Shown: piece after piece, positions 25,640 to 38,512 of the stretch
How positions within the stretch are numbered: the first letter of the stretch is position 1
How the letters are laid out: each line of letters starts with the position of its first letter
Source: Camelus ferus
Taxonomy: Eukaryota
Direction of reading: 5' to 3'
Assembly (NCBI RefSeq): GCF_009834535.1
Contig: NC_045696.1
Location: 73,844,001-73,908,000, forward strand
DNA: 64,000 nucleotides
Notes under the pieces: model-generated
Told to the model about the DNA's origin: nothing
The model's database searches: none
Seen by the model: the letters and a program-made list of their open reading frames with translations, nothing else
Made by a program: the position numbers and the translations under genes

Positions 25640-26900
25640 TAAGAAAATACTTGAGTTGCTCATTGTAGAATATTTGAGAATTATACAACAATATAAGTTG
25701 AAAAATGAAAATCTCGTTTCTCTCCATATTCCAAAGACATTTGAATATGTTGTCAGCTTATTTCTAAACATATATCCATTTTTTTACAAAACTGAGATCA
25801 TAGTGTATTTGCTAAGATTTGATAAACATTTCATTTAATAATGTATTACTCTTTCCTCATGACAAATATTTTTTACAAGCATAATTTTTAATGATTGCAA
25901 AATAATTGATTGAATGATCTGACAATAATTTATCAAACCATTTACTATTTGTGGATACTTAGGTTGTTTCTAATTTAGAGCTATTATATAAATTTATTTA
26001 ACAAACTTTTGTCTGCATTTCATGGTGTCTTCTTAGGTGTCAATGAATATAGACATTTTTGAGGTATTTAGAATTTAATGCCAAAATCCAATAGAGTTAT
26101 AGCACTTTATACTCCCACAATAAAATGCAAGAATATCCTTCTCAAATTCCCTCTGCATAAGTTGAGCATGTTATTTTTCAAAACTTTTGTGAATTTAATA
26201 AATGAAAAATACAATTTCTATCAGAAGTATGAGTACCAGTTTCCTGTAAACCTAATCAGCACTGAACATTATCAACAAAACACAAGATATTTCATTTGTT
26301 TTGATTAAATTTATTTTAAATGAAAGGTATATTTGTTTTTACTAGGACTTTTTAAATTGCTAGTCTGTTTGAAAAATTTTTTTCTGTTTATTGGAATTTG
26401 AGTTATCTTCTTTGGTAAATCATGTTTTCTCATCTTTTTATCATTTACCTATTGGTGTGTTTATCTTTTTCTTATTGACTTATAAAAACTATTTTTATGT
26501 GAAAATAAAAACCATTTAGTATTTTGCGTTTATTTTTGGCCTTTTAATATTATGATGTTTTAAAATGAATATAGTCTTACTTTCCTATAGTAAAAAATAA
26601 ATCCTTTCCTTTATTTATAATGTTGTAAATTTCAATACTTTTATAAATATTATCTCCAAATATTTTACTCATGGAGAGTAGAAAAATTATTGCTTAAAAT
26701 TAATTCTCCTTTTATAGTTTCATTTTTTAGATTTTATGCAAACTGTCTGAAATTTATTTTTGTATTTATGAAGAGGTAGGGTGCTACTTTTATTTTTTTC
26801 AATACAGTAGGCCACTTTTTCCAACCTCTTGTATTGATTAAGTCTCATGGATTTAAGACACTTTCTGTCTTACTTCTCAGTTATCTATAAGATCTGTGTA
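25640..26900 (-). mobile_element. Ancient L1 (L1ME-like), degraded
   Basis: T-rich strand; GTGGATACTTAGGTTGTTTC, TTTATACTCCCACAA, CATTTACCTATTGG (antisense L1 ORF2/3'UTR motifs). Confidence 0.75.
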
Positions 26901-27139
26901 TCTGTAGGTAGTTTTCCCCTAATATTATGCTCTTTTATGCAATACAAATCTTAGTCATTTTAACACTATTTTGGCAAAAATAAAATAATAATAATTACAG
27001 TAAATGATAATTATCAAGAGGAGAAGAACGATCATTTCAGTTAAGTCAATGAGTCATTTGCTAGGTGACCTTGGGTAAGCTACCTACCCCATTTGGGGTA
27101 AGTAGAGTGGGAAGGATCTGTAAAATGGGGAGAATAGTA

Positions 27140-27592
27140 TCAGTGAACTTGTCAATAGACATTCCACTTCAACTCTTTAGTGGCCAATAATAATGGTCTT
27201 ATCAAGCTTAACAGTGAATGGTTTAGATAAGGTCCTGTCTAAGCCAATTTGGGCCAATAAAACTTGAGAAAGTCTTGTTCAGGGCTTCTGGGCAAGAAGC
27301 TTCCTGCATGTTAGCAGATGGGCAGGAGTGGTTTCTGTCTGTCAGTCTGTCTCTGACGCACATACATTTCTCTTACACATGAATAAGGAATTCCATTTCC
27401 CTGTCTACTACTGGCAATCATTTGAGATTATGAGGCAAGCCAGCCTGAGGACTAAAGCTGACTCAAAGAGAAGGGGAAAGCTGAGAAAATAACAGGAGAT
27501 GGAGCCAAGAGCCCTTACCTTGCTTTGTCTGAAGCTCACACTACTACTGGCCAGTCACTGTTACTTGCAACTGAAAGCATCCAGATTGATAC
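27140..27592 (+). mobile_element. MLT1-type (ERVL-MaLR) solo LTR, flanked by MIR pieces (~27045-27140 and ~27620-27700)
   Basis: GGGCTTCTGGG...AGCCAGCCTGAGGA..AAAGCTGAC...GTTACTTGCAACTGAAAGCATCC..ATTGATACA, a typical MLT1 3' terminus. Confidence 0.8.
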
Positions 27593-28251
27593 ATATTATC
27601 TCTTCCTGGTCTAGTGTGACAAGCAAATAAAATCATGATTCCACAGTGCTTTAGAATGTGGCCAGGAACGTGGCAATATGTGGTTGTTATCATTAAGATG
27701 TTGCTAGGTACAAAAATGTTGCTGTTGTTATGCTTGAGTTCGTTTATCACCCATTTCTATTAGCAGAAAATGTTTGAGTGTGCAGCTTCAATATGTTTAT
27801 TTACTAGATACATTAATGTAAATATCTATGTGATATATAAGTAAAATGTGTATTAGATGTAATATATGTAACCTTGTATATTGTGAACATTATAAAAATT
27901 CATAAAAGAGGAGAGAACTAGGAGGAGATAAAGATGAATAACTAATTTAAAAATTATTTTGTTTACTTATTTATGTTATAGAAAACCCTTTCCCACTAGC
28001 AGCATCATCATTATTAAATTTATTTATTTTTATAAAATACCTACTGGATAACATCCCATTGCCTAACACTTATCATCTCAGAAAAGGTCAACAAATTATG
28101 AACAGCTGTCTTTTAAAAAAAAGTCACAATTCTCCTTTAAGTTCAGCCACTCTTTTAAGTACTTTTTGAAGAAGCTACCAGCAAAATCTGTAATAAACCT
28201 GGCTTCTCTCTTTGTCTAATGTCAGGCATTGTAAAGATTCTCTTCTTTAAT

Positions 28252-28389
28252 GAGGGGAGAGTATAGCTCAAGTGATAGAGTGCATTTTTAGCATGCATTA
28301 GGTCTTAGGTTCAATCCCATACCTCCATTAAGGAAAAAAAATTAAATAAATAAACCTAATTACCTCCCTCTCCTCCCTCCACCCCCAAA
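28252..28389 (+). mobile_element. Vic-1-like tRNA-derived SINE (camelid)
   Basis: GGGGAGAGTATAGCTCAAGTGATAGAGTGCAT...GGTTCAATCCC; TSD AAAGA(T/C)TCTCTTCTTTAA at 28233-28250 and 28390-28407 (17/18). Confidence 0.9.
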
Positions 28390-28749
28390 AAAGACTCTCT
28401 TCTTTAAATCTTAATATCCATTTGTATATTTTGGCCTCATGCATAAACTGCAATAAGCCATAATATGCTGAAAGCTTGTAGATGAATTAGGGCTTTCCTG
28501 TTGACCCTCTTCATTGCTAAAACCACACACTTCCCTCAGCCAAACTGACAAACTTTTTATGATAGGGTGACCAATTTAGGGTGTCAGTATCAATTGTATA
28601 TTAAGTACTATAAGGTTTCTTTTATTACTTTTTTAAGATAAAAATAAGTATGAACTCATTATTTCTTCTCCTATGTCAATAGATTATCATTATGTACTCT
28701 TGGCCTATGAGTGCCTTGCATTGGAATTGAATATCAACTGTGAGCTGCT

Positions 28750-28754
28750 AAAAA

Positions 28755-28809
<55 letters not shown>

Positions 28810-28815
28810 TTTTTT
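28750..28815. repeat. A14-(TA)14-T24 compound microsatellite
   Basis: Direct reading. Confidence 0.95.
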
Positions 28816-30409
28816 CAGGAAGAGCCATCATGAGGTAACATGTTGAAACAACTGAAAATCAATCCTCAGCAATAGAATATCCTAGTTGATAAACTGCTAT
28901 GAATGTAGGGGCTCTTGTTTTTATTCTGGCCACAGTATTGATTACAGACTGTATAATGACAGTCACAAGTACAAACCTAGAGGAGCTGATGCTAAGGTAG
29001 AAATGGAGGAATAGCAATGTTAAGTCAAGGAAATCACTTCTCCCAGTTAAGGGACAGAACCAGGAATTTATCATAGTGTATATTATCATAGTATCTAAAT
29101 ACTATATAGCTAATACTTCAAAACCACATGAAGTATTATCATGAGTGCTTTCCACATCAGTAGAAACTCAGTAACATTATCATTTATTTGTAGGAAAATG
29201 CAGATGATTTTAAAATAAGGTAAAAATGTTGTTACATCTGGGTACTCTGAACTCTTGGCAAGTGAGTTGTACCTTTGAGCCAAAGTGTACTGCTCCTTAA
29301 GCACTAAACCCTCAATGATCAAGCCTTTTATTATATTTAAATTTTTCTAGTATGAGTTCCAATCATCTATGTACTAAGCAAACATTTTCAAGAGTCTTCT
29401 GTAGATCGCTATAGAGGGCTCCTTTGATGTAAGACCATTTGGCACATCCTTGAGCTCTGCACAGCTGCCCTTTTTGAATTCTTGCTTTGCTTTTTATGGT
29501 GGTTTTATCTTTTCTTTTTCTTCTGCATTGTCACTTCTTGTTAATATACTAAGTTCTGCTTGTAGAAAATATCCTACATTCCTTCTCCCCCTTCTTAATT
29601 TGCTGCTTCAAGTCAGTTTTGGCCTTGAAACAAGTTAGAAATGTTCATTAATGATTAGATTGGTTTGGATTACTGGCATAATTTCTCTCCTGTGAGCGAA
29701 GTGTGTCAGTTTTACTGCCTGTCTGTTAAAATATACATTTAGATTACTTAATATTCTTTTTGTTTTTGGCTTTGAGTTTGGTGAGGGGGCCACAGACCCA
29801 TGCTTCAGAATAGGTAGATTGTTATTCCGGCACTCAGTGTTTCCTGCTTTTGACCTGATGGCTGTGGATTCCTGGAAATCTGTCACATTTCTGTGTTGAC
29901 TGATAATCCTTAGCTCATGAAGGATGGTTATAAGCATTTCCTGTTATCCCAACTTATTAAATGACTTTTTCTCAGAATATGGGGTTTGAAAAAAACACAT
30001 AAACATCCTAAGTAATGTCAGAAAGAATCCTGCACTGAACACTAGTGACACCCTACTGAATTTCTGTAATTCTTTTAAGACCAAATTACAAAGTATTAGT
30101 TGACTACGAGTTGTTTCTTTTTGACTTCTGGAAACTTGGTGTCATTGCCTAAACTTTTGGCTGAAATAAAATAAGAAGTAAATAAAGTAAAATAAAATAA
30201 AATAAAATAGAATGCATTTATCGTTTGTCCCACAATAACTTAAAGTTTATTTGCCTATTTACGAAAATTAGAGTTGACAGTGTTCACTTGATATTTGAGA
30301 CGCATTTTATAATATGGGTTTTTTTGCAATTTTAAAATTATTTAAGACCTTTCCTTTGAGAAGTTACAGAAATTTATTAATCATACAGAATGAAGTCCAA
30401 TAACACCAC

Positions 30410-30650
30410 TTTCTGTCTGCTTTGTATTTTATAATTTCCAAAGCATTTTCTCCATAACTTCATTTTTTTTAGTTCTCAGAACAATGCCAAGAGGCAAATG
30501 GGACAGGAATTACAACGATGAGATAAGAAAACGGAGCCATATCAAGATAGCAACTAAGGGTCTGACCAAGGAGGTCACATAGCCAGCTTGTAACTGGCAG
30601 ATCTCAGATGGGAATGCTGAATCTAGTTAGTGCTTTTTGCCCTTCAGCAT
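30410..30650 (-). mobile_element. MIR SINE
   Basis: AAAGCATTTTC...GATAAGAAAACGGAG...GGTCACATAGC...TGGCAGA. Confidence 0.7.
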
Positions 30651-33109
30651 GCTGCCTGAGGGTGCAGTTCATGGAGCTCCTGATATGAAAATGAATGCTT
30701 GATAAAAACCTGTTGATTGATTGATTAGTATGGAAACAAGTCATCTCTAATTGAAGTGAGGAGACTGTCAAGGATCTCAGAATAGGCCTGGAGAGGACCC
30801 GGCAGCATGCTTGTGGATTTTGTCCTCAGTCACTGCTGGGTCTTGCTCCTACTGTCCATGAACTGGCCCAGGAATACTTCTTCCCTGGCAGTGTTCATAC
30901 CAATTGTCCATGTAACTAGGATTAAGGAGGGACTGTAGATAAGTGATCTCCCCACTAAATAGGCTGAAAAATATTGGAGATTCAATGTTAGAAACAGTGG
31001 GTCTTTGCTTTCCTATACATGCAGAAAAAGAACACTGGAACAAAGTTCCAGGTTTTCAAAGTTTGACTTTCCAGGACTTCAAAGTTCTGTTTTTTTGTTT
31101 TTTTTTTTTTAATCTTGGGAGAGGACTTTAGGATGATGTATCACACATCAATACATACAGTATTTTACAGTAATCAGTCCTTTGTCCCCAGAAGCTCATT
31201 TCCTTTCTTACTTAGTACAGGGCATATCCCAGGAACTTAGTAAAGGGCATGCTACAATATTAAGAATTCTATAATTAATGTTGGCCAGGATTTGAATTTA
31301 AATCCTTTACTTTTCAGGGTTTAATTAAACTGAGACATTACTGTGAGTGGAATGAGACATTTTCCTGACCAACCGTTAATATATTAAAGGTTTAATGTGT
31401 AAGGATTTTATGTTAAAAGTTTAAAACATATTTGGAATAATGCATTTTCCTTTGAAGTCAGGAGGAGTGAAAAGTTATCTTGCCTTAGCATGAAAGGAAA
31501 TCACCTTTCTTAAAAGTGGCCTTATTCAGGCAAATACTATTTTATCTCTTTAGAATTCTCAGTAGCTGTAAATACACTACAAGATTGTAAGTATAATTAT
31601 AGACACTATACCAACATAACTGCTATAGTTTAGAAGGTTTTGGTTCTAAATTACTAATTCATTTTAGATCACACTTTTAGCTGTGAAATTGAGCTCTTTA
31701 GGGAATAATGGTAATATTTGCAGGTGGCTTAACTGCAAAACTCTCGATATAACACAATTGTGTACTCAAGTGCTTAATTTCAGGCTTTACTTGGGCTATA
31801 AAAGGTAACTTAATATATGTCCTAGTAAGCAAGCTCTAAGAAAACAATCAATCTGTTGACGTTTACAGTGTACTCTAGAAAGGAAATACTGTTCATTTTC
31901 TGGCAATCATTTTCCCCCAGAATTACAAATTATATGCATTAACAGCATTAATATCTTAGATGTCTATGGCAAATTTTTTCCAATAATTCAAGTGCTTTTA
32001 CATTTATTATTTCACTGTATCTTATCATCATTATCTGTACTTCATTATATTTCAAACTCACAAATCAATGTTAATTGAAAATAGCATTATAAAATTTAAA
32101 CATAAAAGAGAAATGCATAATCTGAAATCTATGAACTATAAAAATTTTAAAAAGACAAACCTCCAAAAATGCTCTGTTCCAAAAATGAATATTCTTCAAA
32201 TTTCACAAGATGAAACTATTAGTTGGATTATTTAAAATCCAACTAATATTGAATAAAATCATCAGGCATAAATAAAACAGCCAGAAATGCTATAAAATAA
32301 GCCCTCAGTTTTTGTGTAAAAATAAAAGTGTGTTTTCATGCTCCTACAAGCTTATAATCTTCTGCCCCACTTCTCTGATCTTAGGAAGAAAGGATCAAGT
32401 TCTTTTGCTTTTTTTTCTGTTTTGTCAAAATAGAAATCATAGATCTTAGAAGAAGGAGACAAGGAAGCAAAACAAATGGCAAGCTAAGGGCCAAGTGGAC
32501 TGAAAAGAAGGCTGAGTACATTTTCACGAATCCGACTGTTCTCTGGAGTTGGCTTATCAACGTCTTGTATAGTGGTAGCGGTAGAATAACTGTCACTCAT
32601 GTTGATGTTCTTCCTGAAAACAGAGAAATTGCCTATTAAATTTAGGAAGAATATAACTTTCACGGAGTCCTCAGATTAAGGTCCCTGGCACTGAAAAGAA
32701 TGTATGAGCACTCAGAAATGTTTAATTTAAGATTGAACTTGGACCATTTACCTTTAATTGTCACCACCAGTGAATCCTGAAGTTGGATCTCTTGAAACTC
32801 ACTTATGGTTTCAGCAGCACAAAGGTTAAGTTTCCTTCCAACTTGCCCTAGGCTCTTCTCAGAAGCTGGGAGAGCAGTTCTCCCAATTCCCAAGTAACTT
32901 ATTCAAGACTGCGTAAGGCAGAGCTCAAATTCTTCTGTTGAGGACTTATCACTACTCAAACCAGAAGGAAATCTAAAGAAGTCTGCCAAAATGCTTCTCT
33001 GCTGCCCTCCCCAACCAAGAGAGATATAAAAATGGAAAAGTTACAAAGCAAATACAGGCTATGGAATATATATATATAATATTTCAAATATATATATAAT
33101 ATTTCAAAA

Positions 33110-33480
33110 CCCCACCACGTTGTCTTATTTGCATAAGCACAAATCGCTTTCAACTTAATGCCAGAGAAAAAGGCAACATTCCCTGTGATAACTTGCTGAA
33201 AAGCTCACTGTATTTGTTTGATAATGGATTTTAGTTCATTGTCATGTACTTCACTCTTCATCAGCAGGAGCACTTCGGGGTAAAGAAACAGGCTTTTACC
33301 ACACTGGAACAAAAGCCATATAAGAAAAAAAATCCCGAGCAGATGGAATATTATTTGCATTTGCACAAATAGTGGTTTTCAGCACAATTCACATTACTCC
33401 ATTGTGACCTAAAGTAAGCCAGATGTGTCTACAGCATGCTGCAGACACAGAATCGGCTTTTTGTTTGTCAGACTCAGAGG
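33110..33480. promoter_or_regulatory. Candidate POU/SOX/bHLH enhancer
   Basis: Two perfect octamers ATTTGCAT (33127-33134, 33353-33360), CATTGT SOX cores (33237, 33400), CAGATG E-boxes (33340, 33420), forkhead-like TATTTGTTTG (33211-33220). Confidence 0.5.
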
Positions 33481-33829
33481 TCCCAACCTTATGATATCTT
33501 TGTACTTGTATATCCATTAGTTTTATTTCAGTTACTTATCAGGGGGGAAAAGAAGAAAATAGCACTATATATTTAAGAGGACCATTGCAGAGAGGGCCAA
33601 ATTAACTATTTTTTTATTTTCATGAGTGAGGATCAAATAGGTTTCAGTTATCTGAATGTCCATCCAGAGGTCTAGATGATGACGTAAAGTTAAAAAGCAG
33701 AATGTAAGTGTAATGTAATTCAGTTTTCTATGATTACATTAAATAATCCTTGACATATGTATTTTCTTAAGTATCTTTCATGCAAAGTAGAACAACACAT
33801 TATTTGATGTGATTAAAATAGAATTTAAT

Positions 33830-33970
33830 CTGAAATGAATCTTTGACACCATGTAGAACTTCCTCATTTTAAAGACTGGGAAAATGAGGTTCTGGAAGAG
33901 AAGTGAGTTGTCGGGAGTGGTACAGATAGGACTGGACCCTGGTCTCTTGACCTTGAATCCAATTATGTAT
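33830..33970 (-). mobile_element. MIR SINE fragment
   Basis: CCTCATTTTAAAGACTGGGAAAATGAGGTTCTGGAAGAGAAGTGAGTTG. Confidence 0.7.
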
Positions 33971-33979
33971 TCATATATT

Positions 33980-34215
33980 AGCATTTTCTAAAATGTTTTA
34001 GTTGGGTTACAAGCTCAAACAGGTTTGATAATTCAGGCTTCAAAAAAGTTAAGCTAACAAATTTTTCTCAGCCTTTAGTATGTGCCATGCTGTTGTACCT
34101 TCCTAGGAGCAGGACATAATAAGCAGCATTTCCCAAAGTTACTTGGCCCAGACATCCCTTTCCCACAATACATACCAAGGGTGACTTGTGTGGAATGGTC
34201 TTTAGGGGGTTGCTG
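33980..34215. mobile_element. MER112-like hAT DNA transposon relic
   Basis: TTCTCAGCCTTTAGTATG...GCAGCATTTCCCAAAGTTACTTGG; similar to 12370-12655. Confidence 0.55.
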
Positions 34216-34569
34216 CAGTGGAGTACTACATCTTCTCTACACTCTAAGACAGTGAACCAATTTAAAGAAATCACAGAGGATAAAACATGATGACTTCAAA
34301 TTCTGGTACAGATAAACTAAAGGTATTCAGTTTAATTAGAAACAATAAGTGATGTTTTTAAAGACTGCTAGACTTTTTAAAATCGGGTAACATTCATTTA
34401 TTTCATTTCTTAAGTAAGCCTCTGCTTTCCATGTTATTCACTATGTTTTATATAAAATAGTGTGCTCATCCATACATGCTGATAGTGGAATGGTGGCTGC
34501 TCTACTTTTTACCTAGGTAACGTCTACTGGGTAACCCAATAGCCATTTTTATCTGGCTTTCAGATGCTT

Positions 34570-35490
34570 TCATTCATTTATCCATTTAAACATTTAATGA
34601 TGTAAGTGATCAAGCTCCTACTATATATCAGGCACTGTGCTAGGCATTGAGACTATAGAAGTAAATAAGAAGAGCACTTCTCCTCAAGGAGCTTACAGTC
34701 TAGTCAGGGAGAACCAAATAACAAATAAGCAAATATAAACAAGAAAACAAACATATCAAGAAAAAATAGTTACTATAAAATACATTACACTATATTCCAT
34801 ACCACATGTTATCCTGACATACTTTACGATACCGTAAAATAGAGAGTGCTTATAACAGGACGCCATGCAAGCAAGTGGAAGGGCATATTATACAGACCCA
34901 GACATCAAGGAAAGCCTCCTGCAGAAAGAGCTATCTCAGCTAAGACCTGCAGGGTAACCAGATGTCAGCTATTGTTAGGCACAATGGAAAAGTGAGAAAT
35001 CAAAAAACATTCTAGGCATAGAGTCTTGAATGTACAAAGACCGAGAGGTGTGTGGTAACATGACATGTTCTACGGATTCTGATGCAAGTGTTTCTATGTG
35101 CTGGGGCATAGAGTATGACCAGGCTTGAAGCTATATGGCTGGGTATTTAAGTAGACACCAAAAGATGAGGCTCTCATCAACTATGTAAAGAGTTGAGACT
35201 TTATGTACTCAATAGTGGGTATGGGAAACATCTGAAGGATTTTACTTTGTCAGGGTGATCCCTCTGCTTGCTCTATGTACTGAAGGGGAGGGTCAAGGCT
35301 GAAAGTACACAGACAAAAAGACTGAAATAATCTAGGAGAAGGATGGTGGGGAAGTAAACTTAATAGTGGTGGTGATGAAAATTAGACAGTTGGGAGAATA
35401 CTAAAAAGAGAACATACTCAGTTCTTAGTGATGGATGACTTGTGTGGACTGGGAAGAGAGAGAACTTTTGACTCACATGATTGGGGCGCT
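34570..35490 (-). mobile_element. L2 LINE fragment
   Basis: TCATTCATT tail, CAGGCACTGTGCTAGGCATTGAGA...CCTCAAGGAGCTTACAGTCTAGT. Confidence 0.85.
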
Positions 35491-35739
35491 GGTAGGTTAC
35501 TTTACTTAGTTGTACTTGGTTTAGGTTATTTCTTTAACCACTTGACAGCAAAGAAGAAAAAGTGCCTTACGTTAGATTTGAAATGATGGAGAGCCACAGG
35601 GAGGCAGATAAATATTCTCTTTTCCCCTAAAATCTGAGACTAAAAGAGAAACTATTTTAATCTCTTCTTACTGTAAAAATAGCAATATCTGTATCTTAAT
35701 AACTTTTTAACTAAAAAGAAAACATTTTAATTTAGCAAA

Positions 35740-36260
35740 TGTGCATAATCTACAAAAGCAGATGAAGAAAATAATCTGTCATCTCTCACTCAGAGACAGT
35801 TACTACTTTAACATACAGACATTTCTGACTGTCTGAAAGCTTATTATCTGAGTTCAGGAACTAAATTTTGATAGCCTGGAATATCTGTATTTCTTTCTAA
35901 TCTTTTTATGTGTACATTTTACAAAACTGTATTTGTAATTGTGTCCTGACTTTTTGTTTAACATTTTGTTGCATATATATGTCCTGTGTCATAATATAAT
36001 CTTTAAAAATGTGATTGTACTGACTGTACAACAGTGCACTGTATCATACTCTTTTGAACCATCTCTCTATTGAAGAACATTAAGGTTATTTTTGTTTTTT
36101 CACCGTAACAAACACTGTGGCAATGAATACTTAAAAATGCAATATTAGCCTTTAATTGTTTGTAGTTCATATTCCTAGAAGTGGAATTGATAAATCAAAA
36201 GTCACATCTTGAAGTCTCTTAATAGATAATGCCAAACTGGCCTCATACTTTATAACAATA
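35740..36260 (-). mobile_element. Ancient L1 fragment
   Basis: GAACATTAAGGTTATTT...ATTCCTAGAAGTGGAATTG...TGCCAAA. Confidence 0.7.
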
Positions 36261-38512
36261 TTTTGAGTGTTCTCTGTGTTCCCAGAACACAATTTTGAGT
36301 GTTCCCAGAAAGCAGACATATTTCAGAAAACGTCTTTAAATCAGGAGTACATAACAGATATTTGAGTTATGGGAAAATGTGATTTGCTACTCACTTGAAA
36401 AGTGGCAGTAGATATACTTGCCCTAAAAACCAAGTATTTAGTGTCTCTTTACACCAACTGACCATTTACCCTGGCCTAACAAAGGTGGGGACAGTGAAAG
36501 AGATCCAGTATGTAATGAACGCATCATTTTGTTATATAGTCAGTGGTGAATAAATTAGACAATACACGATCAAATGTTTGACTACATATTTCCATCAAGA
36601 AAAAAGTTATTTGCCGTCTTCCCTTCTTCCTAGAAAGGAGATGCTTCCTCCACACCACTCCTTAACTGAATTCCTTTTCCAGGATCTTGTGCAGGAAGCT
36701 CTCTTTTCTCTGCTCTTCCTTCAATAGCACCCTTCCATCACTAAATTATAATTTTCAAAGTGTTAAAAATATCAGTTTCATAAGCACATACAAAATGATT
36801 CTCATACAAATATAAATAAACACATGACAAAAATTTTATTCAGCTCATTAATCAATGAAGGGCCATTATTGAAATAATTGTGACTGTATTGAAGGAGAAT
36901 TTGAAAAACAGAGATATGTACAAGTAGTTGGGAATGCTGAAATAAACTTACTAGTAGATGGAAAACTGCTTAATATCCTTTAGGACAGCAAACCATATGT
37001 TTAAGGTTACCTTTTCTATAGGGCAAAAGTCAACGATATCTCCACTGGACAAAATTCATTTGTATTGCTATCTCCAAGAATAATTTGCATTACTACCCAG
37101 TTTTGTTTTTTTTTTAACAAGTAAAATTCCACCTCCACAGAGTTTTAAAATAGCTTGGTCAACAGAAAGTCAGTCAGAGGTACACAAAATCAGATACATC
37201 CTGGAGGGGCCCTGGAGGGGCCCAGTAGGACATTTAATAATTGTTTTTGCCCATTTCCAAGTCTCAGATATTTTTCCTGACACAACCATGTCCTCCCTTT
37301 CAGTTAAATGCATTTAACATTTTTTCTTGTTTTACAAAAATTGTCCTTCTACATGTTTCACATTCAAGTTACCGCCACGTTTCTTTCTGTCCCTTTATCA
37401 TTCAGCTTATTACAAAAGTTGCCTAGACTTCCTGCCCTCACATCTCTCCATCTCGTTTATGCAGCAGTCACTGTAATCTCCTTTGAATACTCAACATTTC
37501 TCTAGAATCACAATTTCAAAAATGACCAAAATCCTTTCTGCCCAATCGCGTGCCATACTGCAGCCCTCGTTCTCCTGGGTCTGTCGAGAGCATTTGGCAC
37601 TGTTTACCATCTGTCTTGACATGCTCTTTTCCCTTCTTTCCATGCCTCTATTCTCTCCTGATTGTCCTCTTACCTCTCTGGCTTCATATCTACTCATGTG
37701 TGAATTCAGCACACATTTCCTGAGTGGCCATGAGGTATCAGATCACTTTGTCAGAGAACAGAGGTATAAAGATGAGGAAGACATGGGAGGAGACTGATGA
37801 GTAGAAATAGATTTATAAACACATGATATCTACTCTTAGTCTAGTGTTTCCTATGTGCTAGTTGCTGTACCAATAGCTTTACAAATATCTTCTATTTTCA
37901 AAACCACCTTGCAAGGGAGGTATTTTTGTCCCTTTTCCCACATAGGAGAAAATTAAGACTCAAAAGAGGTCAGATAATTTGCCAAAGGCCACGTGGCTAG
38001 TGGATCACAGAGTGGAAATTCAACCCAGATCTGTCTAAATCTGAAGTCTGTGCTCTTGTCCCTAAAGCTCTAGAATAATAGTATTATAAGAACTATAATA
38101 AGAGTATTATTGTACAGAATCCCAAGGGCCTGATACAAAGGTTGAAGCATTCAGTTTTATTAGAGGACAAAGATGAAGAGCCAACAAAATCTTGAAGAGG
38201 TATTATGATTGTGTAATGTCATCACAAATGACTATACATTCCTAAGGTAGATAAAGGAGACGAGCACTCCACAGGGCGGGAGCATGAACAAAGGCGTATT
38301 CTTTAAATGCGGATGCTTTCAAATCTAGAGGATTCCTCTTCTGCCATCTTTTATTTCTCACTTGATGGGTTGTCTGTGGACAATCTCATCCACTCCAGAG
38401 GCTGTAAATACTGGTATGGATGTGTTACTCTCACACCTATGTATATATTGGATCACTGCAACTGTATTCTTAACTCACTGGATGGCTCTACTTGGATACT
38501 CAACACACACTT

